Assembly (NCBI GenBank): GCA_021730945.1 | Contig: JAKFYH010000005.1 | Span: 34 to 64,033 of the forward strand | Length of the DNA stretch: 64,000 nucleotides | DNA from: Acidobacteriota bacterium | Lineage (GTDB): Bacteria > Acidobacteriota > Vicinamibacteria > Vicinamibacterales > UBA2999 | Direction of reading: 5' to 3' | Shown here: positions 39,359-49,679 of the stretch, one piece after another | Numbering within the stretch: position 1 is the stretch's first letter | How the letters are laid out: the number at the start of each line of letters is the position of its first letter | Made by a program: the position numbers and the translations under genes | The notes under the pieces: generated by a model | What the model was told of the DNA's origin: nothing | Databases searched by the model: none | What the model saw: only the letters and a program-made list of their open reading frames with translations

Positions 39359-40282
39359 ATGCTCTTCGACTTCGACGATCGCTACAGCGACATAGAACCC
39401 GTTGGGTCGGCCATCAACCGGCGCGACGGCGTCGCCGTGTCGATCGGTTTCCACGTCGCACTCTTCGCCTTGTTGATGTTTCTGCCTGATTTACTGCCGC
39501 AGCGTCAGCCGCAGGAGATGCCGCCGCCCGACCAGCAGCGGGCGGAGAACCAGCCCACCTTCGTCTTCGTGCAGCCCAAGATGGATCTGCCGCCGACCCG
39601 CCAGCCGGAGCGAGCTGAGATGTCAGATGTCGACCGCAGCGCGCGGTCGCCCGATCGGGTACCGGAACTGACCAACCCCCTGCCCGCCGCCAGAGGCAAT
39701 TCGGCCGAACGAGCGGAAGCGACGCTGGAGGAGAAGATGCGCGGGGAAGGCCCGGCCCCGCAGCCGGCGCCACCCGCCCCTCAGGTCGAGACTCCGCCAG
39801 CGGTCGACCCGCGCACCGATCCCCAGATGGCCATGATGCGGCGGCCGGAAATGGTGCCGCCGGCCGGGGGTTCCCTGGGCGAGGCGCTCAAGAACCTCGA
39901 GAAGTACGTCCAGAACGAATCGTTCAACAACCAGAAGGGCCAGATGCAGGAGTTTGGCCCACTGCAGTTCGATACCAAGGGCGTCGAGTTTGGCCCCTGG
40001 ATTCGCCGTTTCGTGTCTCAGGTGCGTCGTAACTGGTTCGTGCCGATGGCGGCGCAAACCATGCGCGGCCGCGTGGTGATTACCTTCAACGTGCATCGCA
40101 GTGGCACGATCACCGACATCACCGTGGTTCGGCCCTCGGAGATCGAGTCGTTCAATATCTCGGCCGTCAACGCGCTGAAGGCCTCGAACCCGACGACCCC
40201 GCTGCCACCGGAGTACCCGGACGACCGGGCGTTCTTCACGGTCACCTTCTTTTACAACGAGAATCCGCCCGGTCAGGATTAG
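39359..40282 (+). CDS. TonB-family energy transducer
   Basis: N-terminal TM anchor, Pro-rich spacer, and a C-terminal TonB domain (RGRVVITFNVHRSGTITDITVVRPS...). Confidence 0.75.
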   Translation: MLFDFDDRYSDIEPVGSAINRRDGVAVSIGFHVALFALLMFLPDLLPQRQPQEMPPPDQQRAENQPTFVFVQPKMDLPPTRQPERAEMSDVDRSARSPDRVPELTNPLPAARGNSAERAEATLEEKMRGEGPAPQPAPPAPQVETPPAVDPRTDPQMAMMRRPEMVPPAGGSLGEALKNLEKYVQNESFNNQKGQMQEFGPLQFDTKGVEFGPWIRRFVSQVRRNWFVPMAAQTMRGRVVITFNVHRSGTITDITVVRPSEIESFNISAVNALKASNPTTPLPPEYPDDRAFFTVTFFYNENPPGQD

Positions 40283-40283
40283 A

Positions 40284-40320
40284 GTGCCCACGGTGCCCAG
40301 CGGTGCCTAATGGTGCCAAG
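40284..40320. repeat. Four tandem 8-10-mers (gtgccNNNN) between tonB-like and miaA
   Basis: gtgcccacg gtgcccagcg gtgcctaatg gtgccaag. Confidence 0.8.
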
Positions 40321-41274
40321 TTACTCATCGCGGTTCTCGGCCCCACAGCCACCGGCAAGAGTGCCCTGGGCATCGCGCTGGCCGAACGTTTTGGCGGCGA
40401 AATCATTAACTGCGATTCAACCGCCGTCTATCGCGGCTTTGACATCGGCACCGACAAGGTCTCGCTCGCCGAGCGGCGGGGCATCCCGCATCACCTGATC
40501 GACATCGCCGATCCGGCCGATGAGTACACCGCGGCGCAGTTTGCGCGCGACGCCGCGACGGCGGTTCGGGCCATCCAGTCGCGCGGCCGGCTACCCATCC
40601 TCGTGGGCGGCACCGGCTTCTATTATCGGGCCCTGACACGCGGCCTGTTTCCCGGTCCCGGCAAGGACGCGGCGGTGCGGGCGCGGCTCGAGGCGATTGC
40701 CAACCGGCAGGGCGTGGAGCGGCTCCATCGCCTGGTCGGGCGTGTCGATCCGGCATCGGCCGCCCGGATTCAGCCCCGCGACCTGAAGCGCCTGGTGCGG
40801 GCCCTTGAGGTGTACTTCCTGACCGGGCGAACGCTGACCGCACACTTCGACGAAACGGTGTCGCTGCTGGACCCGGAGGTCGTGGTGATTCCCATCGGCT
40901 TGCGGATGCCTTCGGAGTGGCTGGCAGAGCGGCTGGCAGTGCGGGTCGATGCACAGTTCGACGCAGGGTTGTTGGACGAGATCCGCGGGTTGTTGGCGGC
41001 CGGGGTGCCGCCCGAGGCGCGGCCGTTTGGCGGCCTGGTCTACCGCCAGGCGATGGAGTACTTACGAGGTGTCCGTGACCTTGCCGCCACACGCGCGCTG
41101 ATTGCGCAGGAGAACCGGAAATACGCGCGGCGGCAGTTGATCTGGTTCCGAAAAGAGCCTAACCTTGTCTGGTTTGATGGTCCCGGCACTCACGCCGAAG
41201 TGCAGGACAGCGTCGTTAGCATGCTGGCCGCGCGGGACCTGTTGAAGGACGGGAAAAATGTCGCCGATACCTGA
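40303..41274 (+). CDS. miaA: tRNA dimethylallyltransferase
   Basis: LIAVLGPTATGKSALGIALA P-loop; DS.AVYRGFDIGT.K. Start is uncertain because GTG 40303 lies inside the repeat array. Confidence 0.9.
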   Translation: MPNGAKLLIAVLGPTATGKSALGIALAERFGGEIINCDSTAVYRGFDIGTDKVSLAERRGIPHHLIDIADPADEYTAAQFARDAATAVRAIQSRGRLPILVGGTGFYYRALTRGLFPGPGKDAAVRARLEAIANRQGVERLHRLVGRVDPASAARIQPRDLKRLVRALEVYFLTGRTLTAHFDETVSLLDPEVVVIPIGLRMPSEWLAERLAVRVDAQFDAGLLDEIRGLLAAGVPPEARPFGGLVYRQAMEYLRGVRDLAATRALIAQENRKYARRQLIWFRKEPNLVWFDGPGTHAEVQDSVVSMLAARDLLKDGKNVADT

Positions 41275-41515
41275 AGCTAAGACCGGCGCTCCGAACATTC
41301 AGGATGTCTTCCTGAATTACGCACGTCGCGAGAAACTGCCCGTCACCGTCCACTTGCTCGACGGACGCGAGTTCGAAGCCCGCATCAAGAATTTTGATCG
41401 CTTCGCCCTGATCGTCGAACACGCGGGCATGGATCACCTGATCTTCAAGCACGCGATCGCCACCATCCGCACGCCGCGCAGCGTGCCGAACTATTTTTCC
41501 TCGCACCATCCCTGA
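41258..41515 (+). CDS. hfq: RNA chaperone Hfq
   Basis: IQDVFLNYARREKLPVTVHLLDGREFEARIKNFDRFALIVEH (Sm1/Sm2 motifs) and miaA-hfq synteny. Confidence 0.92.
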   Translation: MSPIPEAKTGAPNIQDVFLNYARREKLPVTVHLLDGREFEARIKNFDRFALIVEHAGMDHLIFKHAIATIRTPRSVPNYFSSHHP

Positions 41516-41518
41516 CGC

Positions 41519-42691
41519 GTGTTCGCGCGCGCCATTGTCATCGTCCTCGACAGCGTCGGCATCGGTGAGTTGCCCGATGCCGAGCTGTACGGGGACCAGG
41601 GCAGTAATACCCTCGGTCACATCGCCTCGCAGGTCCCCCTCAACGTCCCGACCCTTGCCCGGATGGGCCTCGGCAACATCGTGCCGCTCAACGGTGTGGC
41701 GCCCGAGGCCTCGGCCAGTGCCGCCTTCGGCCGCATGGCTGAACGGTCGGCCGGCAAGGATTCGGTCACCGGCCATTGGGAGTTGATGGGCGTCGTGCTC
41801 GACCGCGCCTTCCCGACCTTTCCGAGCGGGTTTCCCGCCGATCTCATCCAGGCCTTCGAGGCCCGCATCGGCCGGCCGTCGATTGGCAACACCGTCGCCT
41901 CGGGTACGGCGATCATCGATGACCTGGGGCCCCAGCACATGGAGACCGGGTTTCCGATTGTCTACACCTCGGCCGACAGCGTGTTCCAGATTGCGGCGCA
42001 CGAGGCCATCGTGCCGGTTCCGAAGCTGTATGAATGGTGTGAGGCGGCTTATGACCTCGCCGTCCGCGGTTTGGGCCTGGGCCGTGTGATCGCCCGCCCG
42101 TTCGTCGGACTGCCCGGCTCGTTCGTGCGCACGTCGAATCGCCACGACTACGCCATGCCACCGGTCGCGGAGACCCTGCTCGACCTGCTGGTCGCGTCGG
42201 GGCAGCAGGTGACCGCCGTCGGGAAGATCGCCGACCTGTTCGCGGGGCGTGGCATCTCGACCACCTACCCGACCCGAAGCGACGCCGACGGCATGGACCG
42301 GATCGAATTGCTGGTCGCCACCCAGGAGCGCGGCGTGACCTTCGCCAATCTCGTGGATTTCGACACTCTCTACGGCCATCGCAATGATGCGGCCGGGTAC
42401 GGCGCCAACCTTGATCGGTTCGATGCCCGGCTCGCCCGGTTGTTGCCGTTGCTGCGCCCCGACGACCTGTTGGTCATCACTGCCGACCACGGCAACGATC
42501 CGACGACGCCGAGCACCGATCACGCCCGGGAGTACGTGCCGGTGATGGTCCAGGGCGCCGGGGTGCGCCCAGGCGTCGACCTCGGGACCCGCGCGACCTT
42601 CGCTGACCTTGGCCAGACCCTGGCCGAGGTCTTCGCCGTCGGCCCGCTGGCACACGGCACCAGCTTCTTGTCGGAGATAATGAAGCCATGA
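41519..42691 (+). CDS. deoB: Phosphopentomutase
   Basis: IVLDSVGIGELPDA..YGD.GSNTLGH...; ...ADHGNDPT. Confidence 0.9.
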   Translation: MFARAIVIVLDSVGIGELPDAELYGDQGSNTLGHIASQVPLNVPTLARMGLGNIVPLNGVAPEASASAAFGRMAERSAGKDSVTGHWELMGVVLDRAFPTFPSGFPADLIQAFEARIGRPSIGNTVASGTAIIDDLGPQHMETGFPIVYTSADSVFQIAAHEAIVPVPKLYEWCEAAYDLAVRGLGLGRVIARPFVGLPGSFVRTSNRHDYAMPPVAETLLDLLVASGQQVTAVGKIADLFAGRGISTTYPTRSDADGMDRIELLVATQERGVTFANLVDFDTLYGHRNDAAGYGANLDRFDARLARLLPLLRPDDLLVITADHGNDPTTPSTDHAREYVPVMVQGAGVRPGVDLGTRATFADLGQTLAEVFAVGPLAHGTSFLSEIMKP

Positions 42692-43755
42692 CCAGCGCCG
42701 GACGGCCGTTGATTCGCGAACAACTCGAGGGCCGCGAGCGCGAAACGCTGGCGCCGCAAGCGGCGACGAGCAGTGCCAGCAAGGGCCGTGTCCGCCCCGA
42801 AGTCGAGGATCCGATTCGCCCGGCGTTCCAGCGCGATCGCGACCGGATCGTCCACACCAAGGCGTTTCGCCGGCTGAAGCACAAGACGCAGGTGTTCTTT
42901 TCGCCCACCGGCGATCACTATCGAACCCGTCTCACGCACACGCTCGAAGTCGCCCAGATCGCGCGTACCATCGCCAAGGTCCTGCATCTGCATGAGGAGC
43001 TGACCGAAGCCATTGCGCTTGGCCACGACCTTGGCCATACACCGTTTGGCCACGCCGGCGAGCGGGTGTTGAGCGCGCTCGTGCCCGGCGGGTTCAATCA
43101 CTACGAGCAGAGCTTGCGGATCGTCGACGTGCTCGAGAACAACCGCGAAGGCCTGAACCTCACCTGGGAAGTCCGCGACGGCATTGCCCGCCATTCCAAG
43201 GGCAAGCACGGCATGCCGGTGGGCGCCCCGCCAGAGCACCGTGCCAGCACCATCGAAGGCCAGGTGGCTCGCGTCGCCGACATCGTGGCCTACGTCAATC
43301 ACGACATAGACGATGCGGTGCGCGCCGGCATCATCTCCGAGGCCAGCCTGCCGCCGGAGGCGGTTGGCTTACTGGGCCACTCCTCGTCCGAGCGCATCGG
43401 CCGCCTGGTCACTGACGTGGTGCATCAGACCCTCGACGGCGGGATGACCGAGATCCGCATGAGCGATCCGGTTCTCACCGCCCTGATTGAGCTGCGCAGC
43501 TACCTGTTCGACGCCGTCTACGAGAACCAGATCGCAACAGCGGAGTTTGGCAAGGCCTCGGGCATCCTGGGCGGGCTGTGGGAGAAGGTCCAGCAACGGC
43601 CGGAGGAGTTCCTGGATGTCCGGACCATCGAGGCCGAGGGGGTGGATGTGGCGACCCAGGACTTCGTGGCCGGCATGACCGACCGCTATGCCGTCGACCT
43701 CTTCGAGCGCCTGTTCATCCCGAAACCGTGGGTCGGCCCCCGCGTGGTATACTGA
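42688..43755 (+). CDS. dGTP triphosphohydrolase-like HD-domain protein
   Basis: FQRDRDRIVHTKAFRRLKHKTQVF...RLTHTLEV...LGHDLGHTPFGH. Confidence 0.88.
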   Translation: MTSAGRPLIREQLEGRERETLAPQAATSSASKGRVRPEVEDPIRPAFQRDRDRIVHTKAFRRLKHKTQVFFSPTGDHYRTRLTHTLEVAQIARTIAKVLHLHEELTEAIALGHDLGHTPFGHAGERVLSALVPGGFNHYEQSLRIVDVLENNREGLNLTWEVRDGIARHSKGKHGMPVGAPPEHRASTIEGQVARVADIVAYVNHDIDDAVRAGIISEASLPPEAVGLLGHSSSERIGRLVTDVVHQTLDGGMTEIRMSDPVLTALIELRSYLFDAVYENQIATAEFGKASGILGGLWEKVQQRPEEFLDVRTIEAEGVDVATQDFVAGMTDRYAVDLFERLFIPKPWVGPRVVY

Positions 43756-43824
43756 AAAGTCTTGTACGCCGGAGAATTTCCCGGAAGTGCAAGTAGGGCC
43801 TGCCTTTAGGGGTGTGCCAGAAGC

Positions 43825-43842
43825 GCGGCACTTCGGTGCCGC
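43825..43842 (+). promoter_or_regulatory. 7-bp GC hairpin with TTCG loop in the yceD leader
   Basis: gcggcac-ttcg-gtgccgc, 18 nt upstream of ATG 43860. Confidence 0.3.
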
Positions 43843-43859
43843 CTGTCAGGTTTCAGAAG

Positions 43860-44408
43860 ATGCGCCTCGAACTTTCCCATATTCGACTGCCCGAGACCGA
43901 GGTTGCCAAGGTCTTTGCGCCGGCCGAGCTTCCGGGCGAGGGAGATGAGTATCGGGTGCTGACCCCGGTCGATCTTCGGTTGACGGTCCACAAGGACCAC
44001 GACCGGTTCCGGCTGGTGGGCAGCGTGAAGGCCGAGCTCGGGCTGGACTGCAGCCGATGTCTCGAGCCGTTTGTGTTGCCGGTCGATCGTAACTTCGACC
44101 TCCGGTTCCTGCCTGCCACGGCAGTCGACGCCGAGAAGGACGAAGACGCGGAGTCCGAGGTCGAAGACGACGACGTCTCGATTACGTACTATCGGGACGA
44201 GCAGATCGACTTGATCGAGTTGTTGCGTGAGCAGTTCTACCTGGCCTTGCCGATGAAGCCGCTGTGTTCACCGGGGTGCCAGGGGATTTGCCCGCAATGT
44301 GGGACCAACCGTAATCTCGCCTCCTGCGATTGCAGTCCACAGGTGGAAGATCCGCGGATGGCTGGTTTGAAGACGTTGATTACGAAGCGAAAGCACGACG
44401 ATGCCTAA
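43860..44408 (+). CDS. yceD: YceD/DUF177 protein (23S rRNA accumulation protein)
   Basis: Position upstream of rpmF; acidic middle region; C-terminal Cys cluster CSPGCQGICPQCGTN. Confidence 0.8.
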   Translation: MRLELSHIRLPETEVAKVFAPAELPGEGDEYRVLTPVDLRLTVHKDHDRFRLVGSVKAELGLDCSRCLEPFVLPVDRNFDLRFLPATAVDAEKDEDAESEVEDDDVSITYYRDEQIDLIELLREQFYLALPMKPLCSPGCQGICPQCGTNRNLASCDCSPQVEDPRMAGLKTLITKRKHDDA

Positions 44409-44583
44409 TCCAAAACGCAGACACTCCAAGACTCGCGGCCGTAAGCGCCGCACTCATGACGCCCTCAAGGCCACCACGCCTGGCCTGTGCCCGCAGTGCA
44501 GCGAGCCCAAGGCCGCCCACCGCGTCTGCGCGTATTGCGGTTTCTACCGCGCGCGCCAGGTGCGTCCGGTCAACACCGACTAA
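44401..44583 (+). CDS. rpmF: 50S ribosomal protein L32
   Basis: MPNPKRRHSKTRGRKRRTHDAL...CPQC......HRVC..CGFY. Confidence 0.95.
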   Translation: MPNPKRRHSKTRGRKRRTHDALKATTPGLCPQCSEPKAAHRVCAYCGFYRARQVRPVNTD

Positions 44584-44613
44584 CGCGGTGTCGGCGGGGC
44601 CCAGGCCTTGACC

Positions 44614-45621
44614 ATGCGCATCGCCGTTGACGCGATGGGCGGCGACCATGCGCCCGGGCGTCCGGTCGAGGGCGCCTTGGCGGCGGCCCGTTACCTGGGT
44701 CTCGGCATCGATCTGGTCGGCCGCGCCGCCGAGATTCGCGCCGAGCTCCACCGACATCCCGACGCCGGCGGTCTCGACGTGCGCGTGATTGATGCGCCCG
44801 ACGTGATCGACATGGCGGAGTCGCCGGCCCAGGCGCTGCGCCGCAAGCCTCGGGCCTCGATCCGCGTGGCCGCCGGCCTGGTGGCCTCGGGCGAGGCGGC
44901 GGCGCTCGTCAGCGCCGGCCACACCGGCGCCTCGGTGGTCGCCGCGCATGCCGCCTTCGGCATGTTGCCGGGCGTGGACCGACCGGCACTGGCGTCGACC
45001 GTGCCGACGCGGCAAGGCTCGGCGGTGCTGCTTGACGTCGGCGCGACCGTCGCCTGCCGTCCCTCCCACCTGTTGCAGTTCGCTCATATGGGGGCGGTCT
45101 ACGCGAAGGTGGGGCTGGGCGTCGAGGGGCCGCGAGTCGGCCTGCTGTCGATTGGCGAGGAAGCGACGAAAGGCAACGAACTGACGCGCGAGGCGCACCA
45201 GCTGCTGAAGGCATCGCCGCTCCAGTTCATCGGCAACGTCGAGGCGCGGGGGATTTTTGCCGGCGCCGCCGACGTCATTGTCTGTGACGGGTTCACCGGC
45301 AACGTGGCGCTGAAGCTCAGTGAGGGCCTGGTTGAAATGGTCGAGGAGTTGCTCGGTGAGGAACTGCAGAGCACGTTCTCGAGCCAGATGGGATACCTGC
45401 TCTCGCGGCGCGCGTTCCGGCGGTTTCGCAAGCGCGTCGACTACTCGGAGTTTGGCGGCGCGCCCCTCCTCGGTGTCGCCGGCCTGTGCATCGTCGGGCA
45501 CGGCCGGTCGTCGGTGAAAGCGGTTCGCAACGCCGTGGCGATGGCGTCACGCATGGCAGGCAGTCATATGGTGGAGCGGCTTCGACACGAAATGGCAACC
45601 TTCGGGGTGACGCAGTCGTGA
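44614..45621 (+). CDS. plsX: Phosphate acyltransferase PlsX
   Basis: MRIAVDAMGGDHAP...; TTG 44608 is an alternative start. Confidence 0.92.
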   Translation: MRIAVDAMGGDHAPGRPVEGALAAARYLGLGIDLVGRAAEIRAELHRHPDAGGLDVRVIDAPDVIDMAESPAQALRRKPRASIRVAAGLVASGEAAALVSAGHTGASVVAAHAAFGMLPGVDRPALASTVPTRQGSAVLLDVGATVACRPSHLLQFAHMGAVYAKVGLGVEGPRVGLLSIGEEATKGNELTREAHQLLKASPLQFIGNVEARGIFAGAADVIVCDGFTGNVALKLSEGLVEMVEELLGEELQSTFSSQMGYLLSRRAFRRFRKRVDYSEFGGAPLLGVAGLCIVGHGRSSVKAVRNAVAMASRMAGSHMVERLRHEMATFGVTQS

Positions 45622-46541
45622 TTGCCTGCCTCTTTCCCGGACAGGGGTCCCAGGCCGTGGGCATGGGCCGGGCGCTGGCTGACCAGTTCCCGGTGTGTGC
45701 CGCCACGTTCGCCGAAGCCGACGCGGCGCTCGGCGAGCCGCTGAGCGATCTCATCTTCAACGGTCCGGCCGAGCGATTGACGCTGACGGCCAACACCCAG
45801 CCGGCCATCCTGACCATGAGCGTCGCGGTGTGGCGCCTGCTCAGTGATCGCGGGTTGTCGCCCTCGTTTGTGGCGGGTCACAGCCTGGGGGAGTACTCGG
45901 CGCACGTCGCGGCCGGGACGCTGGCGTTTGCCGACGCCGTCCGCCTGGTCCGCAATCGCGGGCGCTACATGCAGGAAGCCGTGCCGGTGGGGCAGGGGGC
46001 GATGGCCGCCATCCTTGGGCTGGATGAGGCCGGCGTGAACCAGGCGTGCCTCGACGCCGCGCAGGGCGAGGTCGTGAGTGCCGCGAACCTGAATAGTCCC
46101 GGTCAGATCGTGATTGCCGGGACGGCCGCCGCGGTCGCCCGGGCCAGCGAGCGGGCCAAGGCGCTGGGGGCGAAGCGGGCGATTAGGCTGCCGGTCAGCG
46201 CGCCGTTTCACTGCGCGCTGATGAAGCCCGCGGAAGAGCGGCTGGCGCCGGAACTGCGTGCCGCGACATCGCACGATCCGCGGGTCCCGGTGATCGCCAA
46301 TGTCGACGCCCTGCCCAAGCGGTCGGCGGCAGCGGCGATCGATGCGTTGATCCAGCAGGTGTCGTCGCCGGTCCGGTGGGAAAACGTGATCCAACGCCTT
46401 GCGTCGGAGGGCGTCACCCGATATGTTGAAGTAGGCCCGGGTAAAGTGCTGAGCGGTTTGGTGAAAAAGATCGTTCCGGGCGCCGCGGTGTTCAACGTCG
46501 AAGGTCCCGATGACCTGGCGGCGATCGAGGGATTATTCTGA
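45618..46541 (+). CDS. fabD: Malonyl CoA-ACP transacylase
   Basis: GTGA overlap with plsX; IACLFPGQGSQAVGMG; active-site GHSLGEYSA. Confidence 0.92.
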   Translation: MIACLFPGQGSQAVGMGRALADQFPVCAATFAEADAALGEPLSDLIFNGPAERLTLTANTQPAILTMSVAVWRLLSDRGLSPSFVAGHSLGEYSAHVAAGTLAFADAVRLVRNRGRYMQEAVPVGQGAMAAILGLDEAGVNQACLDAAQGEVVSAANLNSPGQIVIAGTAAAVARASERAKALGAKRAIRLPVSAPFHCALMKPAEERLAPELRAATSHDPRVPVIANVDALPKRSAAAAIDALIQQVSSPVRWENVIQRLASEGVTRYVEVGPGKVLSGLVKKIVPGAAVFNVEGPDDLAAIEGLF

Positions 46542-47278
46542 GACCGTACGACGGCAAGATCGCGATTGTGACGGGCGCGTCGCGTGGCATTGGACGCGCG
46601 ATCGCGATGCGTCTGGCCACCGGCGGCGCCACCGTCGTGTGCGTCGCGCGGGGCACCAATGCCGAGGCCACGGTGGCAGCCATCGTGGCGGCCGGCGGGC
46701 GGGCGGAAGCCCAGGGGGTCGACGTGACCGATGGGGCCGCGGTCGAGGCCTTGATCAAGGGCACGGTCGAGCGGCACAGCCGCCTCGACATCCTGGTGAG
46801 CAATGCCGGCATCACCCGCGACCAGTTGATGCTGCGCATGAAGCGCGCCGACTGGGACGAAGTGCTGGCGACCAACCTGACCGCGGCGTTCACGCTGTGC
46901 CAGGCGGCGCTCAAGCCGATGATCAAGCAGCGGGCGGGACGGATTGTCGCCATTAGTTCGGTCGTCGGCCAGATGGGTAACGCCGGCCAGGCCAACTACG
47001 CGGCGTCGAAGGCGGGCTTGATAGGGTTCTGCAAGGCCCTGGCGCGTGAAGTCGCGTCGCGCCAGGTAACGGTGAATGTGGTGGCGCCAGGGTTGGTCGA
47101 GACCGACATGACGCGCGCGATCACCGAGGGTGCCAAGAACGACTGGTCGTCGCAGATCCCGCTGGCCCGCCTGGGCACGCCGGAAGACATTGCGGCGGCG
47201 GTCGGCTTCCTGGCATCCGACGATGCGGCGTATATTACTGGTCAAGTTCTCGCCGTCAACGGCGGGATGTACATGTAG
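46538..47278 (+). CDS. fabG: 3-oxoacyl-ACP reductase (start codon uncertain, apparently non-canonical)
   Basis: TGASRGIGRAIA, NAG, YAASKAG. The first ATG/GTG/TTG (GTG 46568) would delete strand beta-1 (GKIAIVTG). CTG 46538 overlaps the fabD TGA. Confidence 0.85.
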   Translation: MRPYDGKIAIVTGASRGIGRAIAMRLATGGATVVCVARGTNAEATVAAIVAAGGRAEAQGVDVTDGAAVEALIKGTVERHSRLDILVSNAGITRDQLMLRMKRADWDEVLATNLTAAFTLCQAALKPMIKQRAGRIVAISSVVGQMGNAGQANYAASKAGLIGFCKALAREVASRQVTVNVVAPGLVETDMTRAITEGAKNDWSSQIPLARLGTPEDIAAAVGFLASDDAAYITGQVLAVNGGMYM

Positions 47279-47287
47279 GAGGGACTC

Positions 47288-47527
47288 GTGGCCGTTGCCG
47301 ACAAGGTGAAGAGCATTATCGTGGAGCAGTTGGGTGTGGACGAGGAAGAAGTCACGCCGGATGCTTCGTTTGTGGACGACCTGGGCGCCGACTCGCTCGA
47401 CACCGTCGAGCTGGTGATGGCGTTCGAAGAGGAGTTCGGCATCGAGATTCCTGACGACGAAGCGGAGAAGATCACGCGCGTCAAGGAAGCGGTCGACTAC
47501 ATCGAGTCGCACGCCAAGAAGAAGTAA
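47288..47527 (+). CDS. acpP: Acyl carrier protein
   Basis: [25 protein letters not shown]. Confidence 0.95.
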   Translation: MAVADKVKSIIVEQLGVDEEEVTPDASFVDDLGADSLDTVELVMAFEEEFGIEIPDDEAEKITRVKEAVDYIESHAKKK

Positions 47528-47543
47528 CGGGCGCGACTGGTAG

Positions 47544-47564
47544 GGCACCCCATCGTGGGGTGCC
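47544..47564 (+). terminator. Hairpin between acpP and fabF (partial terminator/attenuator candidate)
   Basis: ggcacccca-tcg-tggggtgcc is a perfect 9-bp stem, followed by attgcttcc. GGAGG lies 5 nt before GTG 47583. Confidence 0.45.
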
Positions 47565-47582
47565 ATTGCTTCCGGAGGTCAA

Positions 47583-48824
<1,242 letters not shown>

Positions 48825-48918
48825 CGGTGTCAGACACCGTTCCAGAATTTGCGTACTTCGCAAGCTGGGATAGTCACGACGCCGAAGTACGCAAATTCTG
48901 GAAGGGTGTCTGACACCG
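48825..48918. mobile_element. 94-nt inverted-repeat element (MITE-like) or giant regulatory hairpin in the fabF/etfB junction
   Basis: 36-nt arms (48825-48860 and 48883-48918) are complementary at 35/36, with a 22-nt loop. TGA on both flanks. AT-richer than the surroundings. Confidence 0.55.
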
Positions 48919-49679
48919 TGAAGATCGCAGTCTGTATCAAGCAAGTGCCGACCCGGGAGTGGCAGCCGCGCCTGAACGACGATCAGACGTGGGTCCGCGA
49001 CCAGGATGTCAGCTACGAAATGAACGAGCCCGACGCCTATGCGCTCGAAGAGAGCCTGCGGCTCCGTGAGAAGCATGGCGGCGAGGTGGTCGTATGCTCG
49101 GCCGGACCGGCGAGGGTGCAACAGGTGATTCGCGAGGCCCTGGCCCGCGGCGCCGACCGCGCGCTGCACGTCGAGGACGATGCCCTGGGGGCGGCTGACG
49201 CGTTTACCGCGGCGTCGGCGCTGGCGCCGGCGATGGCCGAGCAGCAGTTCGATCTGATTCTCACGGGCCTGCAGTCGGACGACCAGGGCCACGCGCAGTT
49301 CGGGCCGGTACTGGCCGAGAAGCTGGGCATGCCGCACTCCACCATCATCATGGAAGTGCTCGTCGATGGCGCGAACCTCAAGGTGAAGCGCGAGCTCGAA
49401 GGCGGCTGGTTCCAGCACGTGGCCATGCCGCTGCCGGCGCTGCTGACCATCCAGAGCGGCATCAACCAGCTGCGCTATGCCACGCTCAAAGGCATCATGG
49501 CGGCGAAGAAGAAGGAGATCGCCAGGGCGGCGGCGCCGGGTGGGTTGACGCCGCGCCTGAAGATCGTGGCGCTCAGCGCGCCGCAGAAGTCGAAGCAGAC
49601 GGTCATGATTGGCGGATCGCCGGCCGATGCCGCGAAGGAACTGGTCAAGCGGCTGCGCGAAGAAGCGAGGGTCCTGTGA
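48918..49679 (+). CDS. etfB: Electron transfer flavoprotein beta subunit
   Basis: V(M)KIAVCIKQVP... is a canonical EtfB N-terminus. The upstream part of the track ORF (from 48849) lies within the hairpin element. Confidence 0.9.
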   Translation: MKIAVCIKQVPTREWQPRLNDDQTWVRDQDVSYEMNEPDAYALEESLRLREKHGGEVVVCSAGPARVQQVIREALARGADRALHVEDDALGAADAFTAASALAPAMAEQQFDLILTGLQSDDQGHAQFGPVLAEKLGMPHSTIIMEVLVDGANLKVKRELEGGWFQHVAMPLPALLTIQSGINQLRYATLKGIMAAKKKEIARAAAPGGLTPRLKIVALSAPQKSKQTVMIGGSPADAAKELVKRLREEARVL

